Source: an uncultured Gammaproteobacteria bacterium | Lineage (GTDB): Bacteria; Patescibacteriota; Microgenomatia; Levybacterales; UBA12049 | NCBI GenBank assembly: GCA_964637955.1 | Contig: CAZWXQ010000005.1 | Coordinates: forward strand, 18,993-82,992 | DNA: 64,000 bases | Reading direction: 5' to 3' | Part shown: positions 1 to 8,581 of the stretch, in pieces | Position numbering within the stretch: the stretch's first letter is position 1 | Layout of the letters: the number at the start of each line of letters is the position of its first letter | Program-made: the position numbers and the translations under genes | Notes under the pieces: model-generated | Seen by the model: the letters and a program-made list of their open reading frames with translations, nothing else | Databases searched by the model: none | Told to the model about the DNA's origin: nothing

Positions 1-312
1 AAAGGCCAACCATTTAAAGTGGAAGTCCAAGGACTTAGTCCAAAATCACAAAATTTTGTATTTAGCGATATAGCGCCTTTTGGAAAACAAAACATACCTG
101 TTAAATTCCACTCGCCTGGACTTTTGACAAATGAAACATTCATAGTTAAAATAACCATCGGGAAAGATCAGGTTTCGAAAGAAGTTATAGTAGAACCTTT
201 TTATAAAAATACTTATTTTCTCTTTGGAGCTGGAGGGTTAATCATTGGAACATTCTTACTCATCTTATCACTCTTTATCTACAGATCCAGGCGTCTACAT
301 TTTCCGAAATGA
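1..312 (+). CDS. partial CDS (3' end only; reading frame open to window edge): hypothetical protein with C-terminal transmembrane anchor
   Basis: Frame of ORF 19..312 has no stop back to nt 1; C-terminal hydrophobic stretch GAGGLIIGTFLLILSLFIY followed by basic tail RSRRLHFPK. Confidence 0.4.
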   Translation, partial: KGQPFKVEVQGLSPKSQNFVFSDIAPFGKQNIPVKFHSPGLLTNETFIVKITIGKDQVSKEVIVEPFYKNTYFLFGAGGLIIGTFLLILSLFIYRSRRLHFPK

Positions 313-1543
313 AAATGGAGAAGTGCTTTACGTGGGAAAAGCAAAAAATCTTAAGAAAAGAGTTTCATCGTATTTCACCCATAAAGATCTTGGTCAAAAA
401 ACCAAAGTTTTAGTAAGCCAAATTAAAACAATAAGCACGATTTCTACCGATTCGGAGCTCGAATCACTTCTTCTTGAAGCAAATCTTATAAAGAAGTACA
501 CTCCAAAATACAATATTAAACTCACAGACGGCAAAGCATATATCTTAGCTAGGATTACAGTAAAAGAAAATGACCCAAAAGTTTTACTTTCAAGGCGAAC
601 AGAAGATCCAAGCTCAGTTTATTTTGGACCATTTCCATCTTCAAATGATCTAAAAATCGTCTTAAAACTTATACGCAAAATATTTCCATATCAATCTGTT
701 TTAAACCATCCAAAAAAATATTGTCTTTACAATCATTTGGGACTTTGTCCGTGTCCTCCTATGTTCAAAACTCATGAGGAATTTAAAAATTATAAAACTA
801 CAATTCATCACATAATTCAATTTTTTGAAGGTGACACAAAAAATATTATTCGAGAACTTGAAATCGAAAGGGATTTACTCAGCAAAGAAGAAAAATTTGA
901 GGAAGCTGCACAGATTCAAAAGAAAATTGACTCCATAGATTTTATTACCAGCAAAAAGCATAATCCATTTGAATATGAGATAAATCCAAATCTCAGGCAA
1001 GATTTAAGAATAGAAGAGACTGATGAACTTTTAAAAGTATTAAATAATAACGGAGTTGAGCTTAAAAAGCTTGAAAGAATAGAGTGCTATGACATTTCAA
1101 ATATCAGCGGTAAGCATGCTGTAGGCTCTATGGTGGTCTTTACTAACGGCGAAAAAGATGGGAATAATTATAGAAGATTTAAGATAAAGCGGCCTCCAAA
1201 AGTAGTTCCAAATGATTTTGCGATGATGAGAGAAGTAATCACAAGAAGACTTGATCACTTGTCAGATTGGGGAACTCCGGACTTGATAATCGTCGACGGC
1301 GGAAAAGGACAGATTTCAAGTGCCATGAAAGCCTTATTTGAAAAGAACTGTGATATTCCTCTAATTGGGATCGCCAAAAGGGAAGAGCTACTTATTACAA
1401 CAGACTTTAGAGTGATAAGGCTATCAAATAAATCTCCAGCTTTAAATTTGGTTAGAAGAATTAGAGATGAAGCTCATAGATTCGCTATAACTTATCACAA
1501 AAAACTAAGAAGCAAATATTTTCTAAATCCTATTGCTAAATAA
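245..1543 (+). CDS. uvrC: excinuclease ABC subunit C (UvrC) homolog, GIY-YIG + RNase H-like endonuclease domains, lacks C-terminal (HhH)2 region
   Basis: N-terminal GIY-YIG signature GVYIFRNENGEVLYVGKAKNLKKRVSSYF; C-terminal LIIVDGGKGQ...EAHRFAITYH motif typical of UvrC endonuclease domain; only 432 aa so HhH tail absent; overlaps upstream ORF by 68 nt. Confidence 0.8.
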   Translation: MEHSYSSYHSLSTDPGVYIFRNENGEVLYVGKAKNLKKRVSSYFTHKDLGQKTKVLVSQIKTISTISTDSELESLLLEANLIKKYTPKYNIKLTDGKAYILARITVKENDPKVLLSRRTEDPSSVYFGPFPSSNDLKIVLKLIRKIFPYQSVLNHPKKYCLYNHLGLCPCPPMFKTHEEFKNYKTTIHHIIQFFEGDTKNIIRELEIERDLLSKEEKFEEAAQIQKKIDSIDFITSKKHNPFEYEINPNLRQDLRIEETDELLKVLNNNGVELKKLERIECYDISNISGKHAVGSMVVFTNGEKDGNNYRRFKIKRPPKVVPNDFAMMREVITRRLDHLSDWGTPDLIIVDGGKGQISSAMKALFEKNCDIPLIGIAKREELLITTDFRVIRLSNKSPALNLVRRIRDEAHRFAITYHKKLRSKYFLNPIAK

Positions 1544-1544
1544 T

Positions 1545-2915
1545 TTATTTTCTCGTCAAAGTATATGTATAAGGGAAATAAAGAAAAATGGCTGGTGCGT
1601 CATCGATAAGATATTTTTGAAAGTCCTCGTAAATCTTTTTTCTCTCTTTAATGTCAGACGTTCTTCGGCCATCTTCAAGAAGCTTATCTATTCTAAGGTT
1701 TTTATAATTTGTAATGTTATTTGGTTGACCAGTGTGCCAGAGAGTGTACTGATCTGGATCTTTAAGCACAGGAAGTTCACCTAAAAAGGCTTGAAAGTCC
1801 GAAGGAATTCCGTCAACTACCTCAATCTCAGTGTTTATACCTATTTCTTTCCAATTCTTGGCTAGCTCAGCAGCGATAGTTCTATAAGGACGAAGTACTT
1901 TTAATTTAATCTTTATGTCTCCAGATTTAGATGCATCAGAATCTTCGAGTTGTTTTTTTGCTTGTTCTAAATCTCTTTTGAAAATTTCATTTTTGTTATA
2001 TGCCCAGGAATCTTTTTTATACATTGTATACGTTCTTTCTCCCTCTTCAAATTTATCTGGAACAGAATATGCAAGCGCTTTTCTTACTTTTTTATCTGAT
2101 AAAACAGGATCTAGATTATTTATAAATACAGTAGCAATTTTATTATTGTTGATTTGCTTCTTTATGGTTGTGTTTTTAAACTTTTCAAAATTAGATCTGT
2201 CACCATATGAAAGGTTATTGATGTCTATGATTTTTGATACGTCTCCAAGCGCATATGCATCCTTTAATGCGCTTTGAGTAGGATAGAAGATGTATTTGAT
2301 TTTCTTTTTATCTTTTTTTGAAACCAACTCTATAGACTGAACGAATCCATCTTTTGTTTGAATGTTTTTAATTTTATAGTTAGAAACTCCAACAAGATCT
2401 TTATTAAATACTTTTCTGTTCGCAAGAGTTACCAAAAACGGCGAATATTTATCTTTAAGCTTGAAAATAATAACTGTTTTTCCTGGACGTTCTATTTTTA
2501 CATCAGCAAAATTATAATTAAGAGTTGTTGAGTCTAACTTCTTTCCATTTGAATATGTAATATCATCACTCAAGTAAAATATAAAGGTTTTCCCGTCATC
2601 TTTTATATCCCATTTCTTAGCAATGTCAGGAGCAATCTGTCCATTTGGTAAGACCTTAGTAAGGCCTCTGGAAGTCTTAGAGATAACTTCATCTGGTAAG
2701 TTATTTGGAAATCCGTCTTCTCTAAAATCTCCAGCAATCCCTACAGTTTCTACATTTGTAATAGGAATTACAGAAAGGAGAAGTTTTCGATTAAAAAATA
2801 AAAGAATAGCCAAGATTATTCCTATAAGTAATACTGAAAAAATAACTTTACCCCATCTTTTTATGTACGCTCGAAGTAACCAGAAAATTAATCTTTTTCT
2901 CTTTAAAAAAATCAT
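1545..2915 (-). CDS. ABC transporter substrate-binding protein, family 5 (oligopeptide/dipeptide/nickel type), N-terminal membrane anchor
   Basis: N-terminal TM helix; C-terminal region ...DPDQYTLWHTGQPNNITNYKN..IDKLLEDGRRTSDIKERKKIYEDFQKYLIDDAPAIFLYFP typical of SBP_bac_5 family. Confidence 0.6.
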   Translation of the reverse strand: MIFLKRKRLIFWLLRAYIKRWGKVIFSVLLIGIILAILLFFNRKLLLSVIPITNVETVGIAGDFREDGFPNNLPDEVISKTSRGLTKVLPNGQIAPDIAKKWDIKDDGKTFIFYLSDDITYSNGKKLDSTTLNYNFADVKIERPGKTVIIFKLKDKYSPFLVTLANRKVFNKDLVGVSNYKIKNIQTKDGFVQSIELVSKKDKKKIKYIFYPTQSALKDAYALGDVSKIIDINNLSYGDRSNFEKFKNTTIKKQINNNKIATVFINNLDPVLSDKKVRKALAYSVPDKFEEGERTYTMYKKDSWAYNKNEIFKRDLEQAKKQLEDSDASKSGDIKIKLKVLRPYRTIAAELAKNWKEIGINTEIEVVDGIPSDFQAFLGELPVLKDPDQYTLWHTGQPNNITNYKNLRIDKLLEDGRRTSDIKERKKIYEDFQKYLIDDAPAIFLYFPYTYTLTRK

Positions 2916-2927
2916 AAGACTTATCTT

Positions 2928-3140
2928 TTATCTGGGGATAAGTAGCAGAACTGAAAGCAAAGCGAAGATTATAGAAAGAATTACTGTAGCATAAATTAAA
3001 AACTTTTCCATACTTCTTCTACTTCTAAATGTCTCTCCGCTTCCACCAAAACTAGAAGAAAGACCAGTGCCTTGAACTTGGAGAAGAATTGCACCAATCA
3101 AAAGTGTTGCCACCACTATTTCAAGAATGTTTAAAATCAT
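2928..3140 (-). CDS. secG: preprotein translocase subunit SecG
   Basis: 70 aa, two TM helices; LLQ-GTGLSSSFGGSG--FRSRRSMEKFL pattern matches SecG family (LLQQGKGADMGASFGAGAS...). Confidence 0.75.
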   Translation of the reverse strand: MILNILEIVVATLLIGAILLQVQGTGLSSSFGGSGETFRSRRSMEKFLIYATVILSIIFALLSVLLLIPR

Positions 3141-3233
3141 AAGCTAATTATAGCGCCTGAGAAGCTTTATTTCAACCTGCCCAACATGCAAGACAAGTTT
3201 ACTGAGTCGTTGCGGGCGGGCCTGTTAATTTGA

Positions 3234-3644
3234 TTATTTGCTTTTAAGAAGCCAGTCAAAGAATGCGATTATAATAGACAAAATCGCTGCTGTTAAAATG
3301 AAAGCCCAGAAAGTGTTAAAGTGCATAACTGGCACTATAAATCCTGCATAAGTAAATCCATTAAATGTAAATGCTGAAATTTTTATTTGAGTTACAAAAA
3401 TAGTTAGCACATAAAGAATAATTGCATTTGTAAAAAAAGAAAAAAGTCCAAGTGTAAGCATGTTTAACGGAAGAGAAAAGATGTTTAGTATTGGCTTTAG
3501 TATTAAAAGAAGGAGCGAAAGCACAAATCCAGCGATTATGTAGGTCATGAAACCTCCAATTATAGTAACCCCAGGTATAACTTGATCTAGAATTGCAAGA
3601 GAAATTCCATTTACGACGGTGTGCCTAATTAATCCTTTCATCAT
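3234..3644 (-). CDS. small polytopic membrane protein, phage holin family-4-like (DUF360-like)
   Basis: 136 aa, 4 predicted TM segments, no other motifs; recall-based family assignment. Confidence 0.35.
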   Translation of the reverse strand: MMKGLIRHTVVNGISLAILDQVIPGVTIIGGFMTYIIAGFVLSLLLLILKPILNIFSLPLNMLTLGLFSFFTNAIILYVLTIFVTQIKISAFTFNGFTYAGFIVPVMHFNTFWAFILTAAILSIIIAFFDWLLKSK

Positions 3645-3756
3645 AAAAGCGTATCAAATTGCGCTTATAAATAAAAGTTTTAGGTGTTGTTGACTTATTT
3701 ATGGTTTATGAGATGATCATATTGTTAATGGTGTTTTATTCATTCTTCCTTATCTC

Positions 3757-4179
3757 ATGATTTTAATTATACCCATTTTGATATTTTTAATACCACGAAT
3801 TTTAAGTTTTATATTTGGGTATAGAGCAAAATCGTTTGGATTAATTACTTTAATTGAATGGACAATAATAGATATTCTAATTAATGCGCCGATAGTTTAT
3901 ATTATTGTTTTATTAGGGGGCTCAGGAGATGGCGATACTCAACCCTTAACTCCATCCAAAGAGCATGATCTATTACTTTTTGTTAGCGTTATAGTATTAT
4001 TTTTACTTCTTGTCGATATTCTTTTCTTGTCTTTAGGTGCAATAAATAAGGAAAATAATACGAAAAAAGATCCTGAGCAAAAAAAATTAGACAGTAATAT
4101 ATCAAATACTCTTCAAAATCCTGATAAGAATGCTGATGATATAATTTCAAATTCACCTACAACTAATCAAACAGCTTAA
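3757..4179 (+). CDS. small membrane protein (paralog of 4433..4786), hydrophilic C-terminal tail
   Basis: Shares PRILSFIFGYRAKSFGLITLIEWTIIDILINAPIVYII with PRILSMIFGYRSNSHGLARLLKWSVIDILINGIILIPF of the downstream paralog. Confidence 0.5.
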   Translation: MILIIPILIFLIPRILSFIFGYRAKSFGLITLIEWTIIDILINAPIVYIIVLLGGSGDGDTQPLTPSKEHDLLLFVSVIVLFLLLVDILFLSLGAINKENNTKKDPEQKKLDSNISNTLQNPDKNADDIISNSPTTNQTA

Positions 4180-4214
4180 ACTCAAGCTAAGGTAAAAAAG
4201 AGTAGAGTGTAATA

Positions 4215-4330
4215 AGACCTAAAGTTAAATGTACGTACTTCGGTAAAGATGTTGAGATTTCAGAAGCTATAGTTCATGAAATTTATTCAAAAGTAAGAGA
4301 CAGAAATAGATCGCTCAGTTTGATAAAGCG
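4215..4330 (+). pseudogene. decayed remnant of the 5' end of a DUF2130-like gene (copy of start of 4900..6024)
   Basis: about 80% nt identity to 4898..5010 (aaagttaaatgt..cggaaaagatgt.gagat.tcagaagctatagttcatgaa...aaaagt.agagac...ctcagtttga) but start codon lost and the zinc-ribbon cysteines mutated; stops in frame. Confidence 0.6.
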
Positions 4331-4432
4331 ATAGTCAAAAGAATATCAAAGCATGACTATAATGTCATTTTATATCCTTATATGAAGATTATGTATTTTT
4401 AATTTCTTTAAATTTTGATATATGATTAAGTT

Positions 4433-4786
4433 GTGAATGAATTTATTTTTATTTTTGAAATAATTATTACATTATTTACTGCATTAACTTTTATTATTGC
4501 TCCACGCATACTAAGTATGATATTTGGCTACAGAAGTAATTCGCATGGACTTGCTAGATTACTCAAGTGGAGTGTCATAGATATTTTAATTAACGGAATA
4601 ATTTTGATTCCATTTACAACTTTTGGTTTAAATATGGGAGACAGTTACGTTGAAAAAATAACTATATATGATTTTTTAAATGTTATGCCGTTAAATTTAT
4701 TTTTTATATTCATTTTATTACTCATAGATATTCTATTTATGTATTTAGGAGTAGCATTAAAAGATTTTAAAAGAATAAATATATAA
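4433..4786 (+). CDS. small membrane protein (paralog of 3757..4179)
   Basis: Paralogous N-terminal half with 3757..4179; 3-4 TM segments. Confidence 0.5.
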   Translation: MNEFIFIFEIIITLFTALTFIIAPRILSMIFGYRSNSHGLARLLKWSVIDILINGIILIPFTTFGLNMGDSYVEKITIYDFLNVMPLNLFFIFILLLIDILFMYLGVALKDFKRINI

Positions 4787-4858
4787 CTTATTTTTTCAAT
4801 TAAAAGAACGCAAACTAATTGCTTAGAAATAATTCGTAATTAGGTTTAACTAAGTATA

Positions 4859-4887
4859 ACTTGAAATTAAAACAAGTTACGCGTATT
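4859..4887 (+). promoter_or_regulatory. candidate sigma70-like promoter TTGAAA-N17-TATTAT upstream of 4900 gene
   Basis: ttgaaattaaaacaagttacgcgtattat. Confidence 0.3.
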
Positions 4888-4899
4888 ATATTTTGAATT

Positions 4900-6024
4900 A
4901 TGGATAAAGTTAAATGTCCGCACTGCGGAAAAGATGTCGAGATCTCAGAAGCTATAGTTCATGAACTCCAATCAAAAGTCAGAGACGAAGAAAGTAAGAG
5001 ACTTAAGGCTCAGTTTGAGGAAGAAAAAGCAAAAACTCAGGCTGAAAACGAAAAAAAATTACGAGAAGAATTTGAATTAGCAAACAAACAAAGAGATAAA
5101 GATCTTGAAGAAGCACGAAAAAAAGAACTCGAACTTAAAGAAAAGCTAGAAAAAGAACAAGAAGAAAGAGAAAAGGCGGAGGAAAAAATACGACTTGAAG
5201 CAAAAAAAGCGGCAGAAAAAGAAGCAGAAGAAGGTCAAGCTTTAAAGATTAAAGAAAAAGATATTCAGATGGATCAGATTAAGCGCTTAGCAGAGGACTT
5301 AAGACGAGCCAATGAGGATTTGAAGCGAAAACTTGAGCAAGGAAGTCAGCAAATGCAAGGAGAAGCGCTCGAACAGGATTTCGAAGAAAAGCTGAAATCT
5401 ACTTTTCCAGGCGACGAATTTGTACCAGTTCCAAAAGGCGTAGAAGGAGGAGATATATGGCAAAAGGTTAAGTTTAATGGAAAAGTGGTGGGTTCTATCA
5501 TTTGGGAAACCAAAAGAACAAAGGCATGGAGTAATGGCTGGTTAACTAAATTAAAAGACGATGCTAATCGTATTTCAGCAACTGAAGCTATAATAGTTAC
5601 TCAAGTTTTACCATCAGACATGAATAATTTTGACAGAAAAGATGGCGTATGGTTAACAACTTATGAACATGCACTTGGGATTTGCAGATATGTAAGATTC
5701 CTCATAACTACTGTAGCGACTATTAAATCCAGCACAACACACACTGAAGAAGAATGGGGAGCAATTCGAGATTACATGCTATCCGATGGATTTAAAAGAC
5801 GCATGGAAACACACTTTGATAGCGTAAATGCGCTGCGAGTTGGACTAGATGCAGAAAGAAGAGCAACTGTTTTAAGGTGGAAAAAGCAAGAAGCTCTTAT
5901 TGAAAAGCTTGATATAAATACAGCCAATTTTTATGGAGAGCTACAGTCAATTGTGCCCAGTTTGCCAGAATTAAAAGAAGCTGATAATCTTATTACCGAT
6001 GGCGAAGACCAAACCCTCATTTAA
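4900..6024 (+). CDS. zinc-ribbon / long coiled-coil / C-terminal globular domain protein, DUF2130-like
   Basis: N-terminal CPHCGK zinc-ribbon, about 150 aa K/E-rich coiled coil, C-terminal GGDIWQKVKFNGKVVGSIIWETKRTKAWSNGWLTKLKDD...AIIVTQVLP block; family assignment from memory. Confidence 0.45.
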   Translation: MDKVKCPHCGKDVEISEAIVHELQSKVRDEESKRLKAQFEEEKAKTQAENEKKLREEFELANKQRDKDLEEARKKELELKEKLEKEQEEREKAEEKIRLEAKKAAEKEAEEGQALKIKEKDIQMDQIKRLAEDLRRANEDLKRKLEQGSQQMQGEALEQDFEEKLKSTFPGDEFVPVPKGVEGGDIWQKVKFNGKVVGSIIWETKRTKAWSNGWLTKLKDDANRISATEAIIVTQVLPSDMNNFDRKDGVWLTTYEHALGICRYVRFLITTVATIKSSTTHTEEEWGAIRDYMLSDGFKRRMETHFDSVNALRVGLDAERRATVLRWKKQEALIEKLDINTANFYGELQSIVPSLPELKEADNLITDGEDQTLI

Positions 6025-6610
6025 TGAAGAAAATTACTACTGGAAATTCGGCATAGATCATGTATTTGGTTTAGATGAAGTAGGTCGAGGAGCATTTGCT
6101 GGGCCTATCGTAGCAGCTGGAGTGATTTACAAACCAAGTTTTAAGCATGAATTTTTAGAAAAGGTAAACGATTCAAAGCTTCTTAAGCCCAAGCTCCGTG
6201 AAGAACTTTCCCTTTTCATTAAAGAAAATTCGATTTGGACAATCGAATTAGTAGATTTAGATTTTATAAATAAGTTTGGGATAGGAAAAGCAAATTACGA
6301 AGTACTTAGCAAAGTATTTTTAAGTCTTATCGACAAAATAAAATCAGAAAATTATTTCGCAATTGTCGACGGATTTGATCTTAAAATTAAAAAGCAAAAA
6401 GCAATCATAAGAGGAGATCAAATAAGCCTATCGATTGCATCCGCTTCAATAATAGCAAAAGTTTATAGAGATGAACTTATGACAAAAGCTCACATTCTTT
6501 TTCCGGATTATAACTTTGCGCAAAATAAAGGATATGGAACGCTAGCACACAGAAACGCTTTAAAAAAATTTGGGGCAAGTAGATTTCACCGCAGTGCTTT
6601 TATTGATTAA
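5999..6610 (+). CDS. rnhB: ribonuclease HII
   Basis: FGLDEVGRGAFAGPIVAAGV ... NDSKLL ... IVDGFD ... ASIIAKVYRDELM ... FPDYNFAQNKGYGT motifs of RNase HII; start overlaps preceding gene by 26 nt. Confidence 0.9.
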   Translation: MAKTKPSFNEENYYWKFGIDHVFGLDEVGRGAFAGPIVAAGVIYKPSFKHEFLEKVNDSKLLKPKLREELSLFIKENSIWTIELVDLDFINKFGIGKANYEVLSKVFLSLIDKIKSENYFAIVDGFDLKIKKQKAIIRGDQISLSIASASIIAKVYRDELMTKAHILFPDYNFAQNKGYGTLAHRNALKKFGASRFHRSAFID

Positions 6611-7004
6611 TATCGGGTTGCACCGCTTCATTAAAGTTTCTCACCATTTCTGACTTGCTATCTGCCCATAAATCAGGAACTCTACCAAAATGATCGTAAG
6701 CATTTTGTTTTAATATAACTCTATCCCTTGCTTCAATAAGTAAATATGTTGCTCTATGGATTTGTTCTGGTGTAAGATCCAGTCTTTGCAAGAGGCCGAA
6801 TGCTTCATCAGCTACAGCCATTCGGGCATGTGCATTTGCAACTCTTCGGTCCCCAGGTCTAAAGTCCGCCCAAAATCCGTTTCTAATCTGTCTTACTCTT
6901 ATTTCTGCTTCTTCTCGTGTGGAAATTCTACCAGGATCAAGTTCTGATGATTTAGGAGTTGACTCTGCAATGAAAGTTTCAACCCTTCTTAGCGCTTCAC
7001 CCAT
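6600..7004 (-). CDS. hypothetical protein (134 aa), no recognisable domain
   Basis: Long ORF in locally GC-elevated segment; no motif recognised. Confidence 0.35.
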   Translation of the reverse strand: MGEALRRVETFIAESTPKSSELDPGRISTREEAEIRVRQIRNGFWADFRPGDRRVANAHARMAVADEAFGLLQRLDLTPEQIHRATYLLIEARDRVILKQNAYDHFGRVPDLWADSKSEMVRNFNEAVQPDINQ

Positions 7005-7069
7005 GACTAAATTAAATAGTTTTAAATTAAAAATAATTTACAAATAATGTAGTAGATGTGTAAGAAAAG

Positions 7070-7098
7070 TTGACAGTCTACCAAGGCTTTGTTAAGAT
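7070..7098 (+). promoter_or_regulatory. candidate promoter TTGACA-N17-TAAGAT; predicted TSS coincides with ATG 7106 (leaderless)
   Basis: ttgacagtctaccaaggctttgttaagat; the TTG the ORF track uses as start is the first triplet of a perfect -35 hexamer. Confidence 0.35.
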
Positions 7099-8491
7099 CG
7101 TGCCCATGAGTGAAAGAGGTCCAAATCCAGGAATATCCGAATTTGCAGCAGCTCTTAGAGGCGGTAGGAGAATTGATTTGTCAGAACAAGTAAGAGAACT
7201 TGGAGCCGAACTGGAAGATAGACCTAGCGAGATGGTAGTAGTTACTGGATATGCAGAACTTACTTCCCTAGGGGATACCGAAGCGACTCGAAGAAGAGAG
7301 TTGCTTGGAGAAACTGCAGCCAGACAGTTTCCTACAGGAAATAAAAGGACCCAAATTGCCGCACATGCTGAGTTCAATCCTCTTGATCACTTTAGTAGAC
7401 AAGATATGCTAGGAATGTCTAAACTTAGCGCAATGATGCGAGTAGTAGCCAGGGATGCTGCTCGTCGTTCAGGAATTCTTGATCAAGATGGTCGCCTGGA
7501 TCCCCGATTCCACCGCGATCATGTTGGAACTACTATTTCTACTTCTGTTGGTCATATGGGAAATATAATAGCTACAAATGAAACAATAGAAAGAGAAAGT
7601 AGAGGAGAAAAAACCCATATTACTTCTAAAGAAATATTGAAAGTTCTTCCGGAGCAATCTAATGCTGGAGTTGCACAAAACTTAGGAATAAGCGGATGGG
7701 GAAGTAACTCTCAAGAAGCATGTGCAACTAGTCTTTCAAGTATAGCTGATGCAAATTTATTAATAAGATCAGGTAAGAATAGGGTTGTGCTAGCAGGTGG
7801 ATTTGAAGATACGCTTTCAGATGGAATGTCTAGACCAGCAGTAGGTTTATTTTCAGCTTTGAGAGGAGCAATATCGACAAATAACGAATACCCTGAAAAT
7901 GCAATAAGACCTTATGACAAAGATAGAGATGGATTTGTAATGGCATCAGGAGGTGGAGTAATGGTATTAGAAAGTCTGGAAAGTGCTCTAGAGAGAGGTG
8001 CTACGATTTACGCTACGATTCTTAACGCTGAAAAAGCAATGGATGGATCTGATAATCCTACACTCTTAGACGCTGACAGAGTCGCTAGGTTACTCCTTAA
8101 AACCTTAAAAGTTCAAGGAGAAGAAAAAGGGTTTTATTTACCTGATGCTATATTTACACATGCCACTGCTACTCGAGCAGGAGATTTAGCAGAAATTGAA
8201 GCATTTAGAAAAGCATTGACGAAATATCTACCTAATATTCCTACTACAGCTATTAAATCTATTCACGGACATTTACTTGGAGGAGCCGGTGTTATTAATG
8301 CTATTGCTGCAGTACGTTCACTCCATGAAGGAATAATTCAACCTACAATTAATCTAGTTAATCGTAGTGAGGAATTTATGGATTTAGATATAGTTACACA
8401 GGCTAGAGAAACTCAGATTCAAACAGCTATAGCAACAGCGTTTGGTTTTGGTGGATATGACGCTGCGGTTCTCTTCGGGAAGTATAGATAA
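7070..8491 (+). CDS. beta-ketoacyl-[ACP] synthase (KAS I/II-like thiolase-fold condensing enzyme) with about 55-aa atypical N-terminal extension
   Basis: Active-site Cys in EACATSLSSI, His in THATATRAGD and GHLLGGAGVINAIAAV, C-terminal FGFGGYDAAVLF; KS N-terminal MVVVTGY..LTSLGDTEATRRRELLGE. True start may be ATG at 7106. Confidence 0.85.
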   Translation: MTVYQGFVKIVPMSERGPNPGISEFAAALRGGRRIDLSEQVRELGAELEDRPSEMVVVTGYAELTSLGDTEATRRRELLGETAARQFPTGNKRTQIAAHAEFNPLDHFSRQDMLGMSKLSAMMRVVARDAARRSGILDQDGRLDPRFHRDHVGTTISTSVGHMGNIIATNETIERESRGEKTHITSKEILKVLPEQSNAGVAQNLGISGWGSNSQEACATSLSSIADANLLIRSGKNRVVLAGGFEDTLSDGMSRPAVGLFSALRGAISTNNEYPENAIRPYDKDRDGFVMASGGGVMVLESLESALERGATIYATILNAEKAMDGSDNPTLLDADRVARLLLKTLKVQGEEKGFYLPDAIFTHATATRAGDLAEIEAFRKALTKYLPNIPTTAIKSIHGHLLGGAGVINAIAAVRSLHEGIIQPTINLVNRSEEFMDLDIVTQARETQIQTAIATAFGFGGYDAAVLFGKYR

Positions 8492-8543
8492 CCTCTCGCT
8501 AGTACGAGAATTAGCTTCCCCAATCAACTTGCTCAATTATCCG

Positions 8544-8572
8544 TTTACACTGAACTGGCAATCTGTTAATAT
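8544..8572 (+). promoter_or_regulatory. candidate promoter TTTACA-N17-TAATAT, -10 ends 10 nt before ATG 8582 (near-leaderless)
   Basis: tttacactgaactggcaatctgttaatat. Confidence 0.3.
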
Positions 8573-8581
8573 CCTGGCATA

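Noticed and set aside
1915-2277. Antisense ORFs inside longer genes (for example 1533..1784, 1915..2277, 2623..2994, 7078..7377, 7469..7678, 9361..9576, 10676..10918, 11060..11242, 11408..11614, 14528..14851, 18979..19176, 21306..21539, 31594..31809, 36087..36373, 38727..39053, 43927..44274, 58974..59276, 62104..62316)
   Set aside because: All lie entirely within and opposite, or out of frame, to much longer ORFs with clear domain content. They are low-complexity translations typical of AT-rich antisense strands and are treated as spurious.
7070-7072. TTG start codon of the ketosynthase ORF as given in the ORF track
   Set aside because: The TTG is the first triplet of a perfect TTGACA -35 hexamer with a correctly spaced -10. 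ATG 7106 is the more likely start. The CDS is still reported from 7070 for overlap with the track, and this uncertainty is flagged.
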